Shown one piece after another: positions 46,190 through 56,527 of a stretch of DNA of 64,000 bases. Every line of letters begins with the position of its first letter. Positions within the stretch are counted from its first letter, which is position 1. Below the pieces are notes generated by a model. The model saw nothing but the letters and a program-made list of their open reading frames with translations, was not told the DNA's origin and ran no database searches. The DNA is from Armatimonadota bacterium (GTDB lineage Bacteria; Armatimonadota; UBA5829; DSUL01). Both the position numbers and the translations under genes were made by a program. The stretch lies in assembly GCA_039811685.1 (NCBI GenBank), contig JBDHZC010000002.1:32001-96000 (forward strand). Reading direction: 5' to 3'.

Positions 46190-47563
46190 ATGAGGATGCC
46201 GCCCGTAGACATTCACCAGACAATTGACACAATCAAACATGCCCTGCGCCGGCCATACTCCAAACACTCACCCGCGGCCCTCGGCGCCATTCTGCAAGAG
46301 CTTCACCCATCCGCCATAGCGTTCATTTTGGACGAGCTGGACCTCCCACATGCCCTGCGCGCTTTTGAAGCGCTGCCGGATGAGGAAGCCGCTGAAGTGC
46401 TGGATGAGGTTTCCCCCACAACGAATAGATACCTCATCAGCAACTCGCCGCGGGATCGCATTTTGCGTCTACTGAACATTCTCCCGATGGATGACGCGGC
46501 AGAGCTGCTATCCGAGTATGGGGAAGAAGAGTCCCAGCCACTGCTGGCGACGCTGGCCAAATCCGACTCAAAGCAGGTTCACAAACTGCTTGCGTATCCT
46601 GAACGCACCGCCGGGCGTCTTATGACGACGCGCTTTGCCAGACTCAGCGCGAAAGACACTGTCTCACAGGCTCTGGATTACCTGAAGACAAACGCCAGGG
46701 AGCTCGAAACAATCAATGTAGTGTACGTCCTGGGTGCGCGAGAGCAGTTTGTTGGCTCGTGCAGCATCGCTGACCTTCTCACCGCGCGCCCCGACATCAA
46801 AGTGCAGTCCCTGATCTCTGAGCAGACACCGAGCGTGTCTCTGGACACGAACCAGAAAGATGTCGCGCAGTTGATCTCTCAGTACGACCTCCTTGCCATT
46901 CCGGTGCTTGAGAAGTCTGGCAGGATGATGGGCATTGTGACTGTGGACGACGTGATAGACGTCCTGGTGGAGGAGTTCAACGAAGACATTGCCCGGATTG
47001 TGGGAACGGACGCCGAAGAGATGGATCAGCGCACACCGGCGCAGGTGGCCAGAATGCGGTTGCCGTGGCTGCTATTGACGATGTTGATAGAACTGGTGGC
47101 AGGTCTTGTGGTCTCCCGGTTCGATAGAGTGCTGCGGCAGGTGATTCTGTTGGCGTCGTTTATGCCGGTCATTTCCGCTATTTCCGGCAATGTGGGCTTG
47201 CAGGCCGCGGCTATTGTTGTACGGGGTCTGGACACCGGACATATCTCGCTGGTCAAGTGGGGACGCGCTGTGCGCAAGGAGCTGTCGGCGGCGTTTCTTC
47301 TGGCGTTGGCGTGCGGCGTATCACTCGGTACGGTAGGCGGCATCTGGTCACATCACGCTCCGTTCGGTGTCGTTGTTGGCGTGTCGATGTGCTGCTCCAT
47401 GTTGACAGCAGGACTGATGGGAACGATCTTTCCGATGCTGTCGAAGAGACTGGGCTTTGACCCAGCGGCAACGGCGGGCCCCTTCGAGACGTCTTTTCAA
47501 GACGTAGTTGGATTCAGCGTTTTTCTCGGTCTTGCGACCTTACTGGTACACTGGCTGAAGTAG
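46190..47563 (+). CDS. mgtE: Magnesium transporter MgtE
   Basis: MgtE_N, CBS pair (TAGRLMT, GIVTVDDVIDV), RLPWL, SGNVGLQ, DPAATAGPF. Confidence 0.95.
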   Translation: MRMPPVDIHQTIDTIKHALRRPYSKHSPAALGAILQELHPSAIAFILDELDLPHALRAFEALPDEEAAEVLDEVSPTTNRYLISNSPRDRILRLLNILPMDDAAELLSEYGEEESQPLLATLAKSDSKQVHKLLAYPERTAGRLMTTRFARLSAKDTVSQALDYLKTNARELETINVVYVLGAREQFVGSCSIADLLTARPDIKVQSLISEQTPSVSLDTNQKDVAQLISQYDLLAIPVLEKSGRMMGIVTVDDVIDVLVEEFNEDIARIVGTDAEEMDQRTPAQVARMRLPWLLLTMLIELVAGLVVSRFDRVLRQVILLASFMPVISAISGNVGLQAAAIVVRGLDTGHISLVKWGRAVRKELSAAFLLALACGVSLGTVGGIWSHHAPFGVVVGVSMCCSMLTAGLMGTIFPMLSKRLGFDPAATAGPFETSFQDVVGFSVFLGLATLLVHWLK

Positions 47564-47662
47564 CATGGAGACTAGGAAGTGTCGCTCAAGAAAGTCTGAC
47601 GAGTAATCCCAAGACAAAGCGGCAATCGAGAACAGTGCGGGCTTGCAGGCCAGTATCTGCTG

Positions 47663-47691
47663 AAAACTCAAGTTGTACGCACTTGAGTTTT
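47663..47691. terminator. Hairpin/terminator after mgtE
   Basis: aaaactcaag-N9-cttgagtttt. Confidence 0.55.
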
Positions 47692-47780
47692 GTCTTTCCA
47701 TAGTGTCAGATTTTCATTGCCTGCCGCGTCTCATACAGGAGCGGACACACGAGCCGCAAGGATGAGAGGACAGAACAAAA

Positions 47781-47918
47781 GTGAAGAAGTTCATTGCAGC
47801 ATTGACTCTTATGGTGGTGCTGAGCGCGGCAGTCATTCCTGCGTCCGCGTGCAGTTGCAAGGCTAAGGACAAGAAGCCGGCTCCGACAACCCCGGCGCCC
47901 GGCAGCCTCAACTCCTGA
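47781..47918 (+). CDS. Small secreted peptide (45 aa), not in ORF track
   Basis: GAGAGGA RBS; MKKFIAALTLMVVLSAAVIPASA-CSCKAKDKKPAPTTPAPGSLNS; terminator follows. Confidence 0.6.
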   Translation: MKKFIAALTLMVVLSAAVIPASACSCKAKDKKPAPTTPAPGSLNS

Positions 47919-47937
47919 GAGCAAAGGAGAACATGCG

Positions 47938-47971
47938 AAAGGCCTCCGGTCTCGACGGACCGGAGGCCTTT
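47938..47971. terminator. Bidirectional terminator
   Basis: aaaggcctccggtc-N6-gaccggaggccttt, perfect 14-bp stem. Confidence 0.8.
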
Positions 47972-48012
47972 GCTGTATTTCGGTGGACGCAAAAAATGCG
48001 CCGGATAGACGG

Positions 48013-48696
48013 CTAGCTTCTGCGCGGTGCTGGCTTTGCGCCTGGCCTGTTGCCGGGTCTCTTTTCGCCAGCACGCGGGCTGCCCTGCCCTGGCCGCATC
48101 ATTTGCAGAGTGGCCGGCTTGTTGGCTGAGCGCGCCTCAAGAAAACTGAAGAGGCGCTTTACCCTGTCCAACTGCCGCTCATAGTTGGGCGAGGTCTTGC
48201 TGGGATTGAACGGATTGAAATCCTTCATCTTGGAAGGATCAAAAGCCGGTCTGTTACCTGCCGCTGGCCCCCCAGGACGATTCCCGCCCGGTCTCGCACC
48301 GGTTGCGTTGCCCGGCCGATTTCCAGATCCGGAAAACCCAGGGCGCGCGTTGCTGTTGAGTACTTTGTCAATCGCGCTCAACTGCTTCTGATCAAGAGCG
48401 CGCTGAATCTTCTGAATCGCAGACTTCGCTTGATCCTGCGTGAGCTTGGACTGCTTGCGCAGAGGGTTGAGCACACTGAGAATCTGCTTGGCCTGCGCCG
48501 GCTTCAACTTGGTGGAATCCGTGCGCTCACACTCAGCCAGCCCTCGAAAGACTGTTGTGCTGAGCTGAAACGTGTACTTGTGCTGCGAGCGAAACTTCTG
48601 AAACGCAGCCGCGTTGGTGCTGCCCTGGGCATACGCCACAGCGCTAATTGTCATTGCCGCGAGCGTTAGTGCCGCAGCGCGCATTGAACCTCTCAT
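48013..48696 (-). CDS. Secreted hypothetical protein, last gene of efflux operon
   Basis: GGAGGA RBS; signal peptide ..AYA; helical core and RPG repeats. Confidence 0.75.
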   Translation of the reverse strand: MRGSMRAAALTLAAMTISAVAYAQGSTNAAAFQKFRSQHKYTFQLSTTVFRGLAECERTDSTKLKPAQAKQILSVLNPLRKQSKLTQDQAKSAIQKIQRALDQKQLSAIDKVLNSNARPGFSGSGNRPGNATGARPGGNRPGGPAAGNRPAFDPSKMKDFNPFNPSKTSPNYERQLDRVKRLFSFLEARSANKPATLQMMRPGQGSPRAGEKRPGNRPGAKPAPRRS

Positions 48697-48748
48697 TCGT
48701 TCCTCCTGACTCGCTGCGGCTAGAGAAGTGCGGCAGCGCGAGAGCTTT

Positions 48749-50056
48749 TCATTCGTACCGCAGTGCTTCGATAGGGTTAAGCGTGGAGGCTTTTACCGCA
48801 GGATAAACGCCAAAGACCACCCCGACCACTGCGGAGAAAACAAACGATACAACGATGGGCGGCAAACTCACCAGGGTGGGAAAACCCAGGCCGCCACGGT
48901 CGGAGGGCACGGCCATCCATACCGCCACGCCGATGCCCAGCGCGACGCCAATCAGCCCGCCAACTAGGCTGAGGGTCGTGGACTCAATCAAAAACTGGTA
49001 GAGAATGTCCCTGCGCCGCGCGCCGATAGCTTTGCGAATGCCAATCTCGCGCGTTCGCTCCGTGACTGAGACCAGCATAATATTCATAATCCCGATGCCA
49101 CCGACGATAAGCGACACCAGCGCGATGCCCGCCAGCAGCATTGTCAGGAAGTTTGTCTGCTGTGTGGCGCTCTCGGTTAGATCTGCCTGGTTAAATACAC
49201 GCACATCCGGCGGATCGGTCGGTCGCAGCTTGTGCGCCCGGGAAAGTGCCGCAACAAGCTCATCCTGCGCCTCAGTCATCTGATCTGGCGATTTGGCCTG
49301 CACGCTCATCGTATCCAGATAATCGACGCCAAACACACGAACCATCGCAGTGGTGACGGGTATGGTTACCTGATCGTCCGGGCTCCGCCACCCGCTGTCT
49401 CCGCGCGGCGCGACAACCCCTATCACCAGGAAACTCTGTCCGTTGAGTTTGATATACTTGCCAACAGCCTGAATGTTGCCAAACAGCGTCTGGCGCACGT
49501 TGTCACCCAGGACAACTACTTTTGCCTTGCGCTCCATGTCATCCTGGGTGAAGCCTTTGCCCTGAGCGATGGGCTGATTGCGAATGCTGAAATAGTCCGG
49601 TCCCGCCCCCTGTACACGAGTGACGGTGTTCTGGTCCTGAAACTTAACAGTGCCCCGCCCGCCGTACTCCGGAGAAACAGCTTTGACCGCCGGACAACTG
49701 CGCAGGACTGTCTCCGCGTCTGCGAGCTTGAGAGTCTGCATGGTGCCAAGCCCAAAATTGACGCCACCCTGCTGCTGGGAGTCCGGGCGCACGGTGAGCA
49801 CGTTCGTCCCGAGCTTTTCAATCTGCTCCTGCGTGGCTTTGGCCACCCCCTGACCCAGAGAAACCATCACGATCACAGCCGAAACCCCGATGATGATCCC
49901 GAGCATTGTCAGAAAGGAGCGCAGTTTGTTGGCAACCAGTCCCTCCAGCGCCACGCGGACTGCCTCAGCGATCCCCATACCCGGACCGGCAATCATGTGA
50001 TCGATACTATGCGCCAGCGAAGGCTCGACGGCCGGGCGTGTCTGCGTTACGCTCAT
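48749..50056 (-). CDS. MacB-type ABC transporter permease
   Basis: RSFLTMLGIIIGV, GGIGIMNIMLVSVTERTREIGIRKAIGA, PIEALRYE. Confidence 0.95.
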   Translation of the reverse strand: MSVTQTRPAVEPSLAHSIDHMIAGPGMGIAEAVRVALEGLVANKLRSFLTMLGIIIGVSAVIVMVSLGQGVAKATQEQIEKLGTNVLTVRPDSQQQGGVNFGLGTMQTLKLADAETVLRSCPAVKAVSPEYGGRGTVKFQDQNTVTRVQGAGPDYFSIRNQPIAQGKGFTQDDMERKAKVVVLGDNVRQTLFGNIQAVGKYIKLNGQSFLVIGVVAPRGDSGWRSPDDQVTIPVTTAMVRVFGVDYLDTMSVQAKSPDQMTEAQDELVAALSRAHKLRPTDPPDVRVFNQADLTESATQQTNFLTMLLAGIALVSLIVGGIGIMNIMLVSVTERTREIGIRKAIGARRRDILYQFLIESTTLSLVGGLIGVALGIGVAVWMAVPSDRGGLGFPTLVSLPPIVVSFVFSAVVGVVFGVYPAVKASTLNPIEALRYE

Positions 50057-50111
50057 CGGACTCCTCCGGTTTTCCCTGATTTCTTCAGCTTTGCGAGTGC
50101 CCAATCAAGCG

Positions 50112-50915
50112 TCAAGAAATGGCCTCCTCAATGGACGGCGCCAGTTCGTCCTCCTCGTCGGCAAAGTGCGGCAGTTTGGCAAGCTCTTCCAGAGCGTCCA
50201 GTGGCTGTTCGACAGATTCATCTGCAACGAGGCGACCGTCCTTGAAGCGCACAATGCGCCGGCAGTGCATTGCTACATCATATTCGTGTGTGACCATCAC
50301 AATAGTTTTACCCTGTGCGTTCAGGCGCTGGAAAATAGCGAGAAGCTCCTGTCCACTGCGGGTATCCAGTGCGCCGGTGGGTTCGTCCGCCATGATTAGC
50401 GTAGGGTTGTTGACAAGCGCGCGGGCGACGGCGACGCGTTGCTGCTGGCCGCCGGAAAGCTCCGTTGGTTTGTGATCCAGCCGGTCACCGAGCCCAACCG
50501 CTTTCAGCGCCTCTATAGCCCGGCTTTCCCGGTCTTCTCCGCCGCTATAGATCATCGGCAACTGCACCTGCCTCAAAGCTGATGTCCGGGGCAACAGATT
50601 GAACTGCTGAAAGACGAAGCCCATTTTCCGGTTGCGCACCCGCGCCAGTTCATCTTCCGTCATGTCCGAGACGTTCACTCCGTCCAGCCAGTAATCTCCT
50701 TCACTGGCCTGGTCCAGACATCCAATGATGTTCATCAGGGTGGATTTACCCGAGCCTGAGGGTCCCATAACCGCTATCAACTCGCCGCGGTGAATGTCCA
50801 GGTCCACGTGGCGCAACGCGTGCACGCGCGTGCTGCCAAGGTCGTATATCTTGGAAATATCTCGCACAGATATGACAGGTGGAGTCCCGTCTGGCGTGAC
50901 TGCGGAGGCCATCAC
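50112..50915 (-). CDS. MacB/LolD-type ABC ATP-binding protein
   Basis: GPSGSGKST, LSGGQQQR, ADEPTGALD. Confidence 0.95.
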   Translation of the reverse strand: MMASAVTPDGTPPVISVRDISKIYDLGSTRVHALRHVDLDIHRGELIAVMGPSGSGKSTLMNIIGCLDQASEGDYWLDGVNVSDMTEDELARVRNRKMGFVFQQFNLLPRTSALRQVQLPMIYSGGEDRESRAIEALKAVGLGDRLDHKPTELSGGQQQRVAVARALVNNPTLIMADEPTGALDTRSGQELLAIFQRLNAQGKTIVMVTHEYDVAMHCRRIVRFKDGRLVADESVEQPLDALEELAKLPHFADEEDELAPSIEEAIS

Positions 50916-52540
50916 CTGCCGCCACCCCCGCGAGCGCCCCCGCCCTGACGTGCGCCAGATCCACTGCTGGACCCTCTGCGCCCCGGCGGCCCAAAGGCCA
51001 GCGGGTTGTTCACTTGGGAAGCCTCCGGTTCGATGGTGCGGGTGATCACGCTATCCCCTGCTTTCAACCCGGACTTGATCTCCGTGGTCTCTGGCCCGGG
51101 CACACCAACTTCCACTTCAAAGTCTTTCGGCTTGCCGTTGACCATCTTCTGCACTGTGTAAATGCCGTTCTCTTCGTGGAGAGCTTCATTCGGAACAGTC
51201 AGAACACCCAGAGCCTCGTCCACAATAAACTCACAATCCGCGGTCATTCCGGGCTTGAAGCGGGGATCAGGATCCTGAATCTCCACAGTCACGGGGACAG
51301 TAGTCACGTTTTGCTGTAGCACCGCCTGCGGATCAATTCTGATAACTCTGCCATCCACGAGCATGGAAGGATAGGCGTCTATCTTGATAGAGACTCTCTG
51401 CCCTTGACTCACCTGTCCAATATCAGTCTCATCTACCTGGCAGACAATCCACAACCGCGATGTGTCGCCAATCTGAAGCAGCGCATTCGTGCTGCCAATG
51501 GACGCGCGGCTGCTCGGGACAACTGTGCCTTCCTCTACGTTTTTCTGAATGACCACCCCATCCCGTGGAGCGAGAATACGTGTGTAGCCGAGGTTCGTGG
51601 AAGCCTGCTCCAGTTGGGCTTCGCTGCGCATCACCTGCGCTTTCGCAGCCTGCGCCTGCTGGCTTTTTACAAAATCCTGAAAGCTGTTGCGTCTGGCCAG
51701 CGCGAGGGCGGCTGTGGCCTGCGCGACGCGAGCCTTACTATCCTGTATAGAGGCATCCGCCTGTTTAATACGCGCCTGCAGTGACTGAACAGCAAGCTGA
51801 TTCTGACGGCTGACTGTCTTCTCCCGCTGCCGTGCCGTGTTAGCTGAGGCTTGCCGGGTAGCCAGAGTGGCCCTGGCGCTGTCAACCTCACTCTGCGACG
51901 TATAGCCTTTCGCCAAAAGCTTCTGCTGCCGGGCATACTCGGCTGTAGCGGCATCCAGATTAGCCTGCGCCTCGTGCAGGTCGCTCTGGGCGTTTTCGAG
52001 ATTTTGAGGGTTGGTGACTTCCTGCTGAGTCGCCAGGTCCTGCTGAAGCTGTTTCTTCTGTTCCTGCGCCTGAGCAACGGACTGGCGCGCGGAATCCAGG
52101 CTCGCCTGAGCCTCCTGAATTGACAGACGAGTAAGCGTCGGCTGCGCCGAGCTGGCCGCCGCCGCCTGAGCGGCGCTGGCGCGGGAAGACATAACATCCG
52201 AGCGCGCCTGCGTCACTGCCGCGACAGAGTCTGTCGGGTCAATCAAAGCAATGAGCTGTCCGGCCTTGACACGGTCTCCAAGGTCGACGGCGAGTTTGTC
52301 CACCCGTCCAGCGACGTTGGATTTTACATCAACGGTCTTCCACGGCTGAATCGTGCCGGTGGCCGTAACGGAGCTGCGGACATCGCCGACTTCCACTTCT
52401 CCAAACTCATAAGTAGTCTGGGAGCTTTCATCCGCGTTGCGGCGGTGCTGGATGACAAAACCGGCGATAAGCACGATGACGATACCGAGAACCCACACGG
52501 CGCGGTTCTGCCAGATGCTTTTCTTTCTGCGCTCACGCAT
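50912..52540 (-). CDS. Efflux periplasmic adaptor (MacA/HlyD-like)
   Basis: TM anchor; GDRVKAGQLIA, long coiled coil, APRDGVV, VDETDIGQV, KPGMTA. Confidence 0.92.
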   Translation of the reverse strand: MRERRKKSIWQNRAVWVLGIVIVLIAGFVIQHRRNADESSQTTYEFGEVEVGDVRSSVTATGTIQPWKTVDVKSNVAGRVDKLAVDLGDRVKAGQLIALIDPTDSVAAVTQARSDVMSSRASAAQAAAASSAQPTLTRLSIQEAQASLDSARQSVAQAQEQKKQLQQDLATQQEVTNPQNLENAQSDLHEAQANLDAATAEYARQQKLLAKGYTSQSEVDSARATLATRQASANTARQREKTVSRQNQLAVQSLQARIKQADASIQDSKARVAQATAALALARRNSFQDFVKSQQAQAAKAQVMRSEAQLEQASTNLGYTRILAPRDGVVIQKNVEEGTVVPSSRASIGSTNALLQIGDTSRLWIVCQVDETDIGQVSQGQRVSIKIDAYPSMLVDGRVIRIDPQAVLQQNVTTVPVTVEIQDPDPRFKPGMTADCEFIVDEALGVLTVPNEALHEENGIYTVQKMVNGKPKDFEVEVGVPGPETTEIKSGLKAGDSVITRTIEPEASQVNNPLAFGPPGRRGSSSGSGARQGGGARGGGGR

Positions 52541-52600
52541 TGCGGCGCATCCTGACTTCTTCGGCGCACCCGAGCGAGAGAGAGTAGTAATGCTTTGCTG

Positions 52601-54055
52601 TCATTGCAGATTTCCCACAGCGCGGTCCAGTTGAACCCGCGCCAGTTGATAGTCAAACTGAGCCTGAATGGCACTGTTGGCGGCAGTGGCGTACTGCACC
52701 TGAGCCTGGACAAGCTCAATTACCGAGATACCGCTCGCGCCGAGCGAATAGCGCTCTGTTGTCTGCTGCAGGTTGACCTGAGCGGCTTCGAGTGCTGTCT
52801 GACTTGCGCCCACCCGCTCCCGGGCGCTCTGTAAATTGTTGTAGGCGTCTGTCACATCGGCGGCCACGTCCTTGACCGTCTGCTCCAGTTGCGCCTGAGC
52901 GCTCAACTCATTTGCCCGCGCTTCTTCCTCCTGCGCACGCGTCAAACCGGCGTCAAAAAGCGGCATCGCAACAGCCGTCAAAAGCGTCCAGTTCTGTCGC
53001 ATGGAGTCTGCGTTGGGCGTCCAATCGGCCCTCAGTGACGCATCCACCCTGGGAAGGCGATTGACGCGGGCGATTCTGATGCCCTCCCGCGACTGCTGCA
53101 CCTGAGCCTGCGCGCGCTGGACTTCCGGCCTGCGACGCTGCGCCTCTGCCTGCAGTTCGGATAGCGGTCTTTCAGGGCCAGGGGGAAGCTCAGCAGACGG
53201 CGGAGCATTCAGCGCATCCGGTGAGATACGCGACGCGTCGTCCGTGGGCACAGCCATCTTCAGAGGGATCGGCGAAGCCTCCTGTGCGAGTTTCAGCGGC
53301 GGACCGGCTGCCAGCCCGATTGTGTTGCGAAGTGCGTTGGCGGCTACGGCAAGGTCGTTTTTCGCCTGAATGAGATCCACCTGACGATTGCGAAGCTCCG
53401 AGATTGGGAGCGCCTCGTCGGCTGCCGCTGCGGCTCCGGCAGAAATCCGCTCCTTCACCCCACGCACCTGCTCCTCAGCCAGGCGCACCTGCTCTGAGCG
53501 CAGGGTCAATAGATCGCTGGCGCGAAGCTGTCCGTAGTAGGCGTTAGCCACCAGGAGGCCGAGATCGTTTTCCACTGTATTGAGCGACGCTTTGGAGCTG
53601 TCAACTCCGGCCCGCGCTTGCCGCACCCGCGCTGAGGTCAACCCACCGTCATAAATGTTGAAATCAAGGCTGGCATCGGGCTGCAATCTGGAGGTGGTAG
53701 TGCTGGTGACGAAGTTTCCGGAAGAAAGCGCGCGGCTTGTACGCCCGGCTACCGCGTACGAAACGCTACCTGTGAGCATCGGCAAGTTTCCGGTTTTCTG
53801 CTGATTCAGACGCTCCTCAGACGCTGTGACGCCGTGCTGCGCTGAGAGGACACTGCCCTGATTCTGACGCGCAACTAAGACAGCCTGCTCCAGAGTCAGT
53901 GGGCCACTCAGATCGGAAGGCGCGCTCTGCGCTTGTGGCTGTCCAGGCGCAGTGCTCTGCTCAGCGACACACCGACCAGTAAACGTCACGGACAGCGCGC
54001 ATGTAAGACTGAGTGCAAGGCAGAGTGGTGGCAATTGGAACAAAGGTCTAGGCAA
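52601..54055 (-). CDS. TolC-family outer membrane efflux protein
   Basis: LTLEQAV, IYDGG, PLFDAG, ERYSLG..ELVQAQ. Confidence 0.9.
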   Translation of the reverse strand: MPRPLFQLPPLCLALSLTCALSVTFTGRCVAEQSTAPGQPQAQSAPSDLSGPLTLEQAVLVARQNQGSVLSAQHGVTASEERLNQQKTGNLPMLTGSVSYAVAGRTSRALSSGNFVTSTTTSRLQPDASLDFNIYDGGLTSARVRQARAGVDSSKASLNTVENDLGLLVANAYYGQLRASDLLTLRSEQVRLAEEQVRGVKERISAGAAAAADEALPISELRNRQVDLIQAKNDLAVAANALRNTIGLAAGPPLKLAQEASPIPLKMAVPTDDASRISPDALNAPPSAELPPGPERPLSELQAEAQRRRPEVQRAQAQVQQSREGIRIARVNRLPRVDASLRADWTPNADSMRQNWTLLTAVAMPLFDAGLTRAQEEEARANELSAQAQLEQTVKDVAADVTDAYNNLQSARERVGASQTALEAAQVNLQQTTERYSLGASGISVIELVQAQVQYATAANSAIQAQFDYQLARVQLDRAVGNLQ

Positions 54056-54614
54056 TGGATCCCCCGGTGTGAGAGCTGGTCTGTGAGTCTGCGCGCGCGG
54101 TAATATGGCGCTCGAGTGTTGTGCGCAGTGTGTTCATCGCCAGCATTATAAGGCTTTTCTCCGTCTGTGAGAGTGGCTGCAGAATCCGCTCCAGAGTCCC
54201 GACAGCAACGGCGTGAACTTCGGCGATGGTCCGTTCTCCCAGGGGTGTGAGACGCAGCTTTACGCGCCGGCGGTCGTCTTCAGACACCTCCCGGTCAAGA
54301 AGTCCACGATCTACCAGACCGTCAACGAGCCTGGAGACAGCCGAAAGGGTGGCCCCGACATGTTCTGTCAGGCGCGATAAATGGACGCCTTCATGCCGCT
54401 CGATGAACTTCAGCGCGCGGAACTGCTGCATGGACAAATCTACCGCTCGCCTGGCGTCTATTTCGCCCTTGACAGCGCGCATGACCAGCGGCACCGTCTC
54501 AAATACAGCAGCAGCGCATCCATCGGCCGCAGCCAGATCCGAAGCTGCGCTGACGCCAACAGGTATCTCAGTTGCTCCGGCACTCCCTTGCTTAGACGTA
54601 TTCTGACCCCGCAT
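54048..54614 (-). CDS. MarR-family transcriptional regulator
   Basis: LSMQQFRAL, SRLVDGLVDRGL, DRRRVKLRLTPLG. Confidence 0.92.
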   Translation of the reverse strand: MRGQNTSKQGSAGATEIPVGVSAASDLAAADGCAAAVFETVPLVMRAVKGEIDARRAVDLSMQQFRALKFIERHEGVHLSRLTEHVGATLSAVSRLVDGLVDRGLLDREVSEDDRRRVKLRLTPLGERTIAEVHAVAVGTLERILQPLSQTEKSLIMLAMNTLRTTLERHITARADSQTSSHTGGSIA

Positions 54615-54811
54615 GATTAACAGCTAAATTGATTTCAATGAGAAAGCATTCTCCTGCGATTGAACAGCTTTCTAATACAGAAACGTGCGACATAGCGAAA
54701 AAGTTGCTTGCGTTAGTAAAGTATTTTGGAAACGCAAGCAGGACACAGTGCAGGGATAGGTGAGCAAGAGAGGCAGACGAGCAGTTGCGGGGTGTGGAAG
54801 TCTGGGACTAA

Positions 54812-56527
54812 TCAGACTTCCATAATTGTGGGAATGATGACCGGGCGGCGCCGCGTGCGGGCGTTGACAAACTTCGCCAGAGCGCTGCGAATCTCGAGCT
54901 TGGCGGTTGCGGGGTCTGTCGCCGCTTCCGGAGAGATTGTTTCCAGGCGCTCGGCTACGACTTCGCGAGCCTCGGTGAGGAAAGCCTCCTCATCCTCCAT
55001 GAACCCACGCGCTATGATGTCCGGGCCCGCCAGAACGCGGCCTGTATGCTGATCGATTGAGATGACCACCACCAGAACCCCGTCATTCGCCAGATGCCAG
55101 CGGTCGCGAAGCGCCACATCGCCGACATCTCCAACACCCAGTCCATCCACCATCACGTTGCCCGCATACGGCAGATGGCCGATAATCTCAGCATCCTGCG
55201 CCGTCATCTGCAGCATATCCCCGACTTCCAAGCGGAAGACATTCGCAGACCGGTAGCCGGTCTCCACAGCCATCTCACCGTACTTCACAAGATGCCGGAA
55301 CTCACCGTGAACTGGCACAACGTACTGCGGTTGTAGCAGATTCAGCATCATCCGCAACTCCTCGCGGTTAGCGTGGCCGGAGACGTGCACCGTTTCAATG
55401 TCGTCATAAATGACGCTGGCTCCACGCTTGAAGAGATTGTTGATGACGCGCTGAACCAGGTTTTCATTCCCCGGAATGGGTTTGGCAGAGATAATCACTG
55501 TATCGCCCTGCTGAATCTTCAGCCGCCGGTGATCATCCATAGAAAGCCGCGCCAGTACAGATAGCGGTTCACCCTGGCTGCCTGTGCTGATCACTGTAAT
55601 CTGATTTGGAGCATAGCTGTCAAGCTGGTCCAGCGAAATCAGCGCCCAGTCCGGAATCTGCAGATACCCCAGCTCCCGCGCTATACGGACATTCTGCTCC
55701 ATGCTGCGCCCGACTACGGCGAGGTGGCGGTTATGCTTGATGGACAGGTCCGCAATCTGCTGGATGCGGTGAATGTTGGAAGCAAAGCTGGCAGCAATCA
55801 CGCGCCCCGGAGCGTCCGAGAAGATGCGGTCAAAAGTCTGAGACAAGGCGCTTTCGCTGCGGGTAAAACCAGGCCGCTCGATGTTGGTGCTGTCGCTGGT
55901 GAGAGCCAGAACGCCTTCGCGTCCGATCTCGGCGAAGCGGGCGATATCCGCGCGACGTCCATCAAGCGGCATGGGATCGAACTTGAAGTCGCTGGTGTGG
56001 ACGATAGTCCCCGCAGGCGTGCGCACCGCCAAAGAGCACGCGTCGGGAATGCTGTGAGCGACGTGGATGAACTCAACTTCAAAGGGCCCGGCCTCAATGC
56101 GATCACCGGCGACAACGTCATTCAACAAGTCGTCCGTAAGTCCGTGCTCTTCCAGCTTGCCGCGCACAAGCCCGAGCGTCAGACGGGTAGCGTAAACCGG
56201 CGCCGGTACATCCCGGATGAGGTACGCAAGACCACCAATATGATCTTCGTGTCCGTGCGTCAGGAAAATTCCGACAACATCTTCGCGGCGTTTGACGAGA
56301 TAGGAGATGTCCGGAATGACCAGATCTACCCCCAGCATCTGCTCATCAGGGAACATCAAGCCGGCGTCAATGACAATGATCTTGCCGCCGTGACAGACCA
56401 GCAGCATGTTCTTGCCGATTTCGCCCACACCCCCCAGCGGAATCAGCGCAACGGCATTGGGGTCAGGAACAGGCGCTTCGACGACTGTCTCACCGTCAAG
56501 CTGAGTTACTTCCACAGAGTCTTTCAA
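54812..56527 (-). CDS. rnj: Ribonuclease J
   Basis: PLGGVGEIGKNM, THGHEDHIG, GSQGEP, HVSGHA, PVHGE. Confidence 0.96.
   Translation of the reverse strand: MKDSVEVTQLDGETVVEAPVPDPNAVALIPLGGVGEIGKNMLLVCHGGKIIVIDAGLMFPDEQMLGVDLVIPDISYLVKRREDVVGIFLTHGHEDHIGGLAYLIRDVPAPVYATRLTLGLVRGKLEEHGLTDDLLNDVVAGDRIEAGPFEVEFIHVAHSIPDACSLAVRTPAGTIVHTSDFKFDPMPLDGRRADIARFAEIGREGVLALTSDSTNIERPGFTRSESALSQTFDRIFSDAPGRVIAASFASNIHRIQQIADLSIKHNRHLAVVGRSMEQNVRIARELGYLQIPDWALISLDQLDSYAPNQITVISTGSQGEPLSVLARLSMDDHRRLKIQQGDTVIISAKPIPGNENLVQRVINNLFKRGASVIYDDIETVHVSGHANREELRMMLNLLQPQYVVPVHGEFRHLVKYGEMAVETGYRSANVFRLEVGDMLQMTAQDAEIIGHLPYAGNVMVDGLGVGDVGDVALRDRWHLANDGVLVVVISIDQHTGRVLAGPDIIARGFMEDEEAFLTEAREVVAERLETISPEAATDPATAKLEIRSALAKFVNARTRRRPVIIPTIMEV

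Noticed and set aside
46060..46190. M-box riboswitch upstream of mgtE
   Set aside because: Region is short, shared with a divergent promoter, and shows no recognisable M-box consensus
54615..54680. MarR operator (gagaa-N4-ttctc; repeated aacagct)
   Set aside because: Palindrome too short to support without comparative data
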